NCBI GenBank assembly: GCA_965215515.1
Contig: OZ244057.1
Location: forward strand, 1,792,001 to 1,856,000
Source: Oligoflexales bacterium
GTDB lineage: Bacteria > Bdellovibrionota_B > Oligoflexia > Oligoflexales > JAPPIL01
Direction of reading: 5' to 3'
Length of the DNA: 64,000 bases
The position numbers were made by a program, and so were the translations under genes. Positions 48,501 to 54,125 of the stretch are shown piece after piece (the first letter of the stretch is position 1; every line of letters begins with the position of its first letter). The notes below the pieces were generated by a model, which worked only from the letters and a program-made list of their open reading frames with translations, was not told where the DNA came from and ran no database searches.

Positions 48501-49161
48501 CTTTCTTTTTTGCGCTGACCAGCAACAAGCGTCCTGTTTTAGAGACGGTGTATTCGCTACTATCGGTGTCGCCTGGGCCGCGGCTAACACGGCGCGATGG
48601 CATGCGGAAAATACTTATACTACATAGTTCGGGCGATGAAGTTATGTCGAAGCGTTTTGTTTGTGTGGAGATGGTGGCGAGGTAGTTGCGGTGGGCATCG
48701 CTCATCGGCAGTGCGGTGGCGCGCACACGTGCTCGCTTGTCTGTGCGGGGTAGCGGGGCAAGACGTGCCCCCTCGGCTTCACCGCCGCCCGCCCCGCAGC
48801 TGCTAGCACCTGGGTCGTCGTTTTCAAAATAATCTTCTCTGACGGGTGTACCGATTTCTTCAGCAGGTCGTACTTTAAGGCGTACACACGATTCTGTGTT
48901 TGCTTTTACCACCAGCACATATTCGGAGAGATAACGTCCGAATTCGTGTCTGCCACTGGTTTTAAAATTAAGGATATGCTGACTAGCTCCGCTGCGGGTA
49001 TCGATGGTCATCAAGCCGTCAGGATCAACATCGGTTTCTTCGATGGATACTGCTGACTCAGTATTTGCTCCGCCTCCTGAGCAAGAGCTGCCCGCTTGTC
49101 CTATGGCAAAAAGTACGAGCAAAAGACGTAACATAGCGAATTTTCTACTAACTGCATCCAT
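45598..49161 (-). CDS. large Cys-rich putative lipoprotein with degenerate M30-like metallopeptidase domain
   Basis: Hydrophobic leader ending GSSC; VRIWVD, FGDVSDVDSNGSV, SNEGEIIY, WLMEALA; HExxH replaced by AQLMN; start 49161 or 49134. Confidence 0.7.
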   Translation of the reverse strand: MDAVSRKFAMLRLLLVLFAIGQAGSSCSGGGANTESAVSIEETDVDPDGLMTIDTRSGASQHILNFKTSGRHEFGRYLSEYVLVVKANTESCVRLKVRPAEEIGTPVREDYFENDDPGASSCGAGGGEAEGARLAPLPRTDKRARVRATALPMSDAHRNYLATISTQTKRFDITSSPELCSISIFRMPSRRVSRGPGDTDSSEYTVSKTGRLLLVSAKKKVRIWVDEEYGNPCIAVGQAPGDFDAIGFTDQNNPVTDRLYMAHLRNLAEEAEKAYTRLRATFGDVSDVDSNGSVDIFMSPDVNRSHFNGYPSERIDYFSATLASRPNDLAPFDARRNSTSNEGEIIYLWVPDPAGIYTYGFLSSANSISSNYSKGYVAAQLMNLIMLNHKTIVDDRLVREEHWLMEALAMLASSYIGGNNFVFHKLAQYLTSRPQTIDPLGRPSSNYENIIDDEERQGMLTMFAWYMHTRLCGNKVTICDKLKSLVDTELTGGVNIENTFGVSLEQLLLDFGITVVAHLADNPAAVRGLWDKADTGTENIAKPLEMPLFDDNNLAGTEVSPSDPPLTVELANDGQTFLSGDVNNPAAAAWDRTHASPFPNLDNILYQVVLPDSDMDLRLVDNSVTYVMITGLTAERTDIVGSFGKGLQVVIVPLGDRDANLRKIHQEKTSELGHMDVRVTNLTDTTDPEQTHYDNPPYPPNSMQEWTLQEDKELWIAGSIDNIALNPMTVGDADSYTIKVDPCALRACRPGEEFTVLVQTKVRDYPSQLVPFTLATTPNLEIFKGRNIWAKFEDLDIELEGVVGEPVLCQATRANPGQCANGGIIDAETFDIRHQRSIDGYDLPIDNFLFANRPFVDAQRFNNGVLSCDRNGIRAFCPDEAARQFFNFSWDADAEANPFVFYTVDEDTNFDKKIETVNDEYVDSLEEFINYLPDAPFDDEEEDEDKLEACTAIGLDAENDCRTKDSTALGEAAKEILKTKRYICNHDAVGADCAATEGRVGDDNWFPRENFVNLKKSSQTWNTYYDPSFAEGKRGPCTGERQTAPPQNYPCDLDSTMRTSDIRRQLNVDASRILPNAGVDHCEGVFGVDFDVCVDPIMIHSNSGDDQLLYSYTYNNLATTRIRERCPFHLAHSRGQVIGKSDRLHYLWFRVRSDAPTFVNLLVGGLNNSQGRYLLRAKIIKLSNRCQ

Positions 49162-49171
49162 CTCTCCTGTT

Positions 49172-49198
49172 CCATCGGCAGCTCGGAGGAAAAAGTTA
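49172..49198 (-). promoter_or_regulatory. sigma28 (FliA)-type promoter candidate
   Basis: TAACTTTT-N11-GCCGATGG. Confidence 0.5.
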
Positions 49199-49235
49199 GC
49201 GCTACCCTCTTCTCTTTATCTCGACGCTGCGGGTA

Positions 49236-49509
49236 GGGCATGTAGATGCCCTCGTAAAAAGCGGACACCCTGACTTTAGCTTAAATAAAATACCACGCAC
49301 AGTCAGATGCAGCCTCTTCTTGCGATACACGCCCGCCTCCAACAGTTTGTTTTTAAATATTGACCATTGTTCATCTGTGAGTACAATGCCTCTCATTGGT
49401 AAACCTCTGGAGATTATTATCACATCTTTCCATATGATGCAGGTTTGCCCTACTAATTACAAGTGATTAGCACACACAAAAAATTATTAAACGAAACGTC
49501 GACACGCCC
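49236..49509 (-). mobile_element. 274-bp internally deleted IS5-family element (MITE-like)
   Basis: Imperfect IRs GGGCATGTAGATG / GGGCGTGTCGACG (10/13), TA on both flanks, transposase N-terminus LTDEQW...GILFKLKSGCP truncated. Confidence 0.8.
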
Positions 49510-49557
49510 TATTATAATAAAATTACATTTTTTATACTTTACTATCGTCTATATTCC

Positions 49558-49614
49558 AGGTGGTTGCGACCACCTCTAGTTCCCGCGGGGAAGAGCCGCA
49601 CAGGCTCTTCCCCG
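49558..49614. repeat. two GC-rich stem-loops (REP-like or terminator-like)
   Basis: AGGTGGT-tgcg-ACCACCT (49558-49575); CGGGGAAGAGCC-gcaca-GGCTCTTCCCCG (49586-49614). Confidence 0.75.
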
Positions 49615-49690
49615 AACTCCTGAGTTCCGCAGGTAAATTAGCATTGTTGTTAGATCTGGGGGATGTTTCCTTGCGTACAAACATGCCCCC

Positions 49691-49719
49691 ACCATAGCAT
49701 CCCCCTCAACCTCTGTCAA
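49691..49719 (-). promoter_or_regulatory. sigma70 promoter with extended -10
   Basis: TTGACA-N17-TATGGT with TGn; predicted +1 near A of ATG at 49684. Confidence 0.7.
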
Positions 49720-49800
49720 TAGAAAAAGTTAGTCAGGCACTACAAAAGGGGAAGACAGACAAAACACCGCAATATCTGTGCCATTTGTTCAGTTTGGTGG

Positions 49801-51333
49801 TCACAGCAGGTCGCTGGGCAGCAGGTTATGTCGGCCGTGCTGGGAGCTGAGCAGTTTGGCGCGTTGGCTCAGTTGAGTGTAGGCGGTGAAGAAAGCTGGC
49901 ATTACGGAACGCAGGGCGAGGAGGTACGCCGCGATCAGGCCGCACAGCACGTCGCCGCTGCCTGCTTTGGCGAGGCTGTTGTCGCCCGTGTCACACGCGT
50001 AGGTAGGGTCGTTGGAGTGGGGTGTGAACAGTAGGGGGCAGGTGCTTTTGTAAACAAGGTGTACACCTTGCGCTACGGCCAAGCGTTTGACTTCTGCGCA
50101 CAGGGTAAGGGTGTGGGGATGTGGGAGGGTGGGAGTGGCCAGGCGTGTCCATTCACCAGGGTGGGGTGTGAGGAGAATACCTCGAGTAGCTGGTCGCATC
50201 AGTGCACCGTCGACCGCCGCGGCATCGATGACGACGAATCCTCCTGTGGCGGTATATTTCTGTAGGAATTGCCAGAGCTGGTCATCGATAATGGCATCAA
50301 CAGTGCCAGGCCCGATGACGATAACTCGCACTCGGCGTGCGGTGACGAACCTGGCTAGTGTAGGGGTGTCTACTTTAGGGTGGCGAAAAAAGTGTTCGTA
50401 CATCAGCTCTAGCGGCAGGGGTTGGGGCGGTGTGTTTTGGTGGTCGAGAGCGACTGACACCAGTCCTGCCCCTGCGCGGAGAGCGGCCAAGCCGCTCAGA
50501 AGTGGTGCGCCGTGTTTGCCGCGGCTACCACCGATTATCAGCACATGGCCGCGTTGGTATTTGTGTGCGGTGTGTGGCAGTGCCGCGAAGGGTTCGCTTG
50601 TTTGCAGTGGTTTAGGATCAACCCAGCGTAGTTGCGGAGGGTGAGCTTGCATTGCGGTGTGCACACAGTGAGGCGGAAAACCGATGTCTGCGACATGCAC
50701 TGTGCCGCATGAGGTGCGGCTGGTGGAGAGCACGTGTGCGGCTTTGCGCGCTCCGAAGGTTATCGTCATGTCTGCTTGCACCGTCGTTTGTGTGTGTGTG
50801 CTACCGTCCGCAGCCAAGCCGCTGGGGAGGTCGATGGCTAGCACTTTGGCGTGTGGCATGGCGTTGATGGTCGTAATAATTTCTCGCATTGTGCCGTGTG
50901 GCTCGCCTCGCCAGCCTAGCCCTACCAGACCGTCGATGATTAGGACATTTCGGTCTGTGATTTGTGTCAGTCTTTCTGGTCGATAGAGTAGGTTTGCGGC
51001 GTTAGTTTGGGTAACTGCTGTGTAGATACGCAGTTGTTGGACGGCCAGCTCGCTGCGTGGTTTGTCGGTGAGCAGCACTACCTCTGGTCGGTGCGCGTAC
51101 AACAAGCGTGCTGCGACCAGCGCATCGCCACCGTTGTTGCCGCTACCGACGAGAACGATAATTTTGTGTGTTGTTGCGCCATGTGCAAGGGCTTGGGTGT
51201 AGATTTCTATCCCCGCGTGTTCCATTAGCAGTAGTGCTGGTATCGCCGTGCAGCTAGCGGTATCTACGGCGGCGGCTAGTCGTTGTGACCATACGGGCAG
51301 GGTGGTAATATCGTGATTAAGTGGTTTTGGCAT
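49801..51333 (-). CDS. nnr: bifunctional NAD(P)H-hydrate epimerase/dehydratase
   Basis: LMEHAG, GSGNNGGD, AIDLPSG, HKYQRG, IGPG, LTPHPGE, LAKAGSGDVL. Confidence 0.93.
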   Translation of the reverse strand: MPKPLNHDITTLPVWSQRLAAAVDTASCTAIPALLLMEHAGIEIYTQALAHGATTHKIIVLVGSGNNGGDALVAARLLYAHRPEVVLLTDKPRSELAVQQLRIYTAVTQTNAANLLYRPERLTQITDRNVLIIDGLVGLGWRGEPHGTMREIITTINAMPHAKVLAIDLPSGLAADGSTHTQTTVQADMTITFGARKAAHVLSTSRTSCGTVHVADIGFPPHCVHTAMQAHPPQLRWVDPKPLQTSEPFAALPHTAHKYQRGHVLIIGGSRGKHGAPLLSGLAALRAGAGLVSVALDHQNTPPQPLPLELMYEHFFRHPKVDTPTLARFVTARRVRVIVIGPGTVDAIIDDQLWQFLQKYTATGGFVVIDAAAVDGALMRPATRGILLTPHPGEWTRLATPTLPHPHTLTLCAEVKRLAVAQGVHLVYKSTCPLLFTPHSNDPTYACDTGDNSLAKAGSGDVLCGLIAAYLLALRSVMPAFFTAYTQLSQRAKLLSSQHGRHNLLPSDLL

Positions 51334-51340
51334 GGTCGGG

Positions 51341-51757
51341 TCAGGGAGTATGTTCCAGCAGATGTTCGAAGATGTGTTGTATCAACATATTAGTGTTGAA
51401 TTTTTGCCCTCCTGTGTTTGTCCAGTATAGTAAACCTAGGTTACTGAGTTGTGGCTGGAAGTATGTTTGCTCCTTCTCTTGTTCGGCGAATTCGGCGATG
51501 GTGAACAGCTGCAGCTGTAGTTGTCCTTTGCGGTAGGTGAGCCGTGCCGTTGCTCGTGCGAAGATGATGTCGGCGGCGTTGTCGTTGCGCTGGAAAACCT
51601 TGATATTGCGGGTATCGCGGCGGTGGAAGTTAAAAATTGCGGCACAGCGTTGTAGTTCTTCCCATAGTTCGCACATGGCAGCGGTGTGTGTTTGTGGTTT
51701 TTTAGTTTTGTTTTGTTGGGTGGCCAGGTGTTGCAACCACAGATCGGCGCTGTTCAT
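51341..51757 (-). CDS. hypothetical protein
   Basis: 138-aa ORF between nnr and metallopeptidase gene with the same codon bias. Confidence 0.6.
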   Translation of the reverse strand: MNSADLWLQHLATQQNKTKKPQTHTAAMCELWEELQRCAAIFNFHRRDTRNIKVFQRNDNAADIIFARATARLTYRKGQLQLQLFTIAEFAEQEKEQTYFQPQLSNLGLLYWTNTGGQKFNTNMLIQHIFEHLLEHTP

Positions 51758-53105
51758 CGTTGTTTATTCTACCCCAGTTAGTGTTTCCTACTACCTTTTC
51801 ATACGCTCGGCAACCGCTGAGGGTGGGGAAGCCTGTTTCGAACAGTGTGCAGAGTTGTCCCGTCGTGTGAGAGGGGAGTGTGTGGGCAGTTTCTTGGAAG
51901 ATTGCGGCGATAATCGTGCGTAGTGGGTTGCTGTTACTGCCTTCATTTTGCAGTCGTGTAAATACGGTGCTGAGCCAGTTGTGTATATAGCGGTATTTGG
52001 TGGTGGGCGAGGGTATTTCGTCGCGGATGTACAGCACGAAGTTGACGATATGATGCAGATGGTGGGCTAGGATTGCGCCGACGATGTGTGTATCGCTGAA
52101 ATCGGGATAGGTGCAGGAGGACGAAGTTCTCGTTCCCGTGTAGAAGGCGGTGACTATGTCGGGGGTGATAGTTTTGCGGCTGCGGTCGGCGAAAACGGGG
52201 TTGGCGATGTCGCGGTTATAGCCGAAGCATGGATAGGAGATGATGTCCGAAGGGTTTTCGTTTTCAGCGTAAAAGGCGTAGAGGTCAGCCCAGCCTTCGA
52301 GAAAAGCCTCGAGGCTACGTTGTGCGGCGCGGCGTTCGGGGTGGCGTTGTTCAGTACCCAGATCGCTTGCAGCGACATGGTCTGTTTGCCATTTCTGGTG
52401 GTTAGCGAATTGCACGTGGTGTGCAAATTCATGGGCGATGATGAAGGTTGATTCCCACAGGCTACGCCCGTAGAAGTTATCGTTATCTGGCAGCACTGCC
52501 AACGATTTACTTGCAGGATAATAGATAATGTTGCGGTACATCAGTCGTTGTTGCAGCTCGCCTTCTTCGTCGGTGTAGATGGTGCGGAAAAACGGCATTA
52601 CCAGCAGGGACAGGCGGGGCACGTCCTGCCCTGTACTGTCGGTAAAGAAGCGTTGTGCTTTCTGGAGGTGCAGTGCGGTAACCAGCGCGACGTGTTCGAA
52701 GCTTTCGCGTGGGTATTCCTGCTCGGTAGCGCAGATACGGAGTAGACCGCCGCTTTCGTCTATCTTTTGCCATGGCACAGGCAGAAAATCTCGATCGAGG
52801 CAGTGTTGTTTGCTATGGAAGTGGCAGAGACGTCGGTAGGTTTGTCCGTAGAAGGTGTTATCGATCAGGGGCGTATGTAGCGATTGTTTGGAGGTGTCGA
52901 GATGGAGTGGCTGCGCGAAGTCGGTCAGGTAAATCTGTGTTGGCTGAGCCGTGGCGGCGGGGGTTTGTTCTTGGCAAGCGTGGTCGTGGAGGAAATAGCG
53001 CTCGGATACCACAGGTGGCAGTAGTGGTACAGGCGGTTCGGATACTGCGGGGGGAGGTTTTTGACACGAACACACCACAGCTGCGATAATGGTGAGCAGC
53101 GGCAA
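51702..53105 (-). CDS. lipoprotein with gluzincin (M4/M36-like) zinc metallopeptidase motif
   Basis: VCSC lipobox; IAHEFAHH...FLEGWAD; downstream His (DTHIVG); start may be further upstream. Confidence 0.75.
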   Translation of the reverse strand: MPLLTIIAAVVCSCQKPPPAVSEPPVPLLPPVVSERYFLHDHACQEQTPAATAQPTQIYLTDFAQPLHLDTSKQSLHTPLIDNTFYGQTYRRLCHFHSKQHCLDRDFLPVPWQKIDESGGLLRICATEQEYPRESFEHVALVTALHLQKAQRFFTDSTGQDVPRLSLLVMPFFRTIYTDEEGELQQRLMYRNIIYYPASKSLAVLPDNDNFYGRSLWESTFIIAHEFAHHVQFANHQKWQTDHVAASDLGTEQRHPERRAAQRSLEAFLEGWADLYAFYAENENPSDIISYPCFGYNRDIANPVFADRSRKTITPDIVTAFYTGTRTSSSCTYPDFSDTHIVGAILAHHLHHIVNFVLYIRDEIPSPTTKYRYIHNWLSTVFTRLQNEGSNSNPLRTIIAAIFQETAHTLPSHTTGQLCTLFETGFPTLSGCRAYEKVVGNTNWGRINNDEQRRSVVATPGHPTKQN

Positions 53106-53220
53106 AAAGCAGTTGACTCGTCTGATAGCAGAGAAGATAATCAGCCGTTAACTCGTTACTTGGTCGATGCCGAGGCCCTTCATTATGCACACAAGGACAT
53201 CATAACACAAGGGGAAACAC

Positions 53221-53460
53221 GTGGCACGAGTATCCATTGAAGACTGTCTTACTACCATCGAGAACCGTTTTGTGCTGGTGGCAGTCGCTTCGCATCGCAC
53301 TCGCCGCCTGATGGGTGGTGCAGACCCGCTGGTTAATTCCAAGAACAAAGAGGCTGTTACTGCTCTGCGTGAGATCGCCGAGGGGCGTATTCTGCCGCGC
53401 ACTCCCCTGCCACGGGAGGATACCGCGGCGGACACCGACCGTGTGGCGACGGAGAAGTAG
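53221..53460 (+). CDS. rpoZ: RNA polymerase omega subunit
   Basis: MARVSIEDCL...NRFVLV...VTALREIAEG. Confidence 0.96.
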   Translation: MARVSIEDCLTTIENRFVLVAVASHRTRRLMGGADPLVNSKNKEAVTALREIAEGRILPRTPLPREDTAADTDRVATEK

Positions 53461-53461
53461 A

Positions 53462-53770
53462 TCAGGTAGGTGTGTCTGTCGGGCGCTCCTGCACGGGCAC
53501 GGTCTGTTCGTACCAGCGCAGGAAGGTCTGTCCGTCGATGGACAGGAAGCCTGCGACTCTCTCTCTCCTTGAGATAGTGGTGCGCAGGTCGTGCTGTTCC
53601 AGAAACTTGCGCAGTTGTTCCATCTCCCGCTCCTGATAGGGGAGGTGGAGAAATCTTACGCGAAAGTCCTGTTCGATGCCTCGTACCTGTAGGTAAACTT
53701 GATCGAGATTCTCGCTCGGGTGCACGACCTTGCCCGACATGCTCAGCGCTTGGGGAGGATGTACAGGCAT
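53462..53770 (-). CDS. hypothetical protein or gene fragment
   Basis: 102-aa ORF convergent with rpoZ, directly after an IS relic. Confidence 0.4.
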   Translation of the reverse strand: MPVHPPQALSMSGKVVHPSENLDQVYLQVRGIEQDFRVRFLHLPYQEREMEQLRKFLEQHDLRTTISRRERVAGFLSIDGQTFLRWYEQTVPVQERPTDTPT

Positions 53771-53778
53771 CGGCGTGT

Positions 53779-54084
53779 AGGGAACTACATGTGCGCAAGT
53801 TTTGCGCAGTAGTTTAGAGCTTAAAGGGTGCAGAGGGGCATTTCAGTCCGACGATGCGGTAGAGGTTTTCGACCCGCGGGGAGGCTTTTAGGTTAGGCCT
53901 GCCGTACAGCTCTCCTGTCTTGATGTGCCCTGAGACGATCGCCTTTGCGGTGGAATATGGGACGCGTTTGGAGGTATTTTTTGCTGCCGCTGTTCTTGAC
54001 CAGATCTTTCACCGCTACCTCACCCTCGACCTTAGCCATCCTCTCCAGACGATCTAACAAACGAGCCCTGTCCTTTTCTTGAGG
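53779..54084 (-). pseudogene. IS1634-family transposase relic with internal deletions
   Basis: KDRARLLDRL...KDLVKNSGSKKYL joined to QTRPIFHRKGDRLRAH, then in another frame HIKTGELYGRP...LYRIVGLK...PFKL-stop (53814), followed by ATGTAGTTCCC. Confidence 0.7.
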
Positions 54085-54125
54085 GGATTATTATAAAAAG
54101 CAATAATTACAATGAGCTATACGAA

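Noticed and set aside
49532..49700. tmRNA, SRP RNA or 6S RNA
   Set aside because: Lacks tRNA-like ends, the SRP GGAA-loop helix and a single long 6S-type rod
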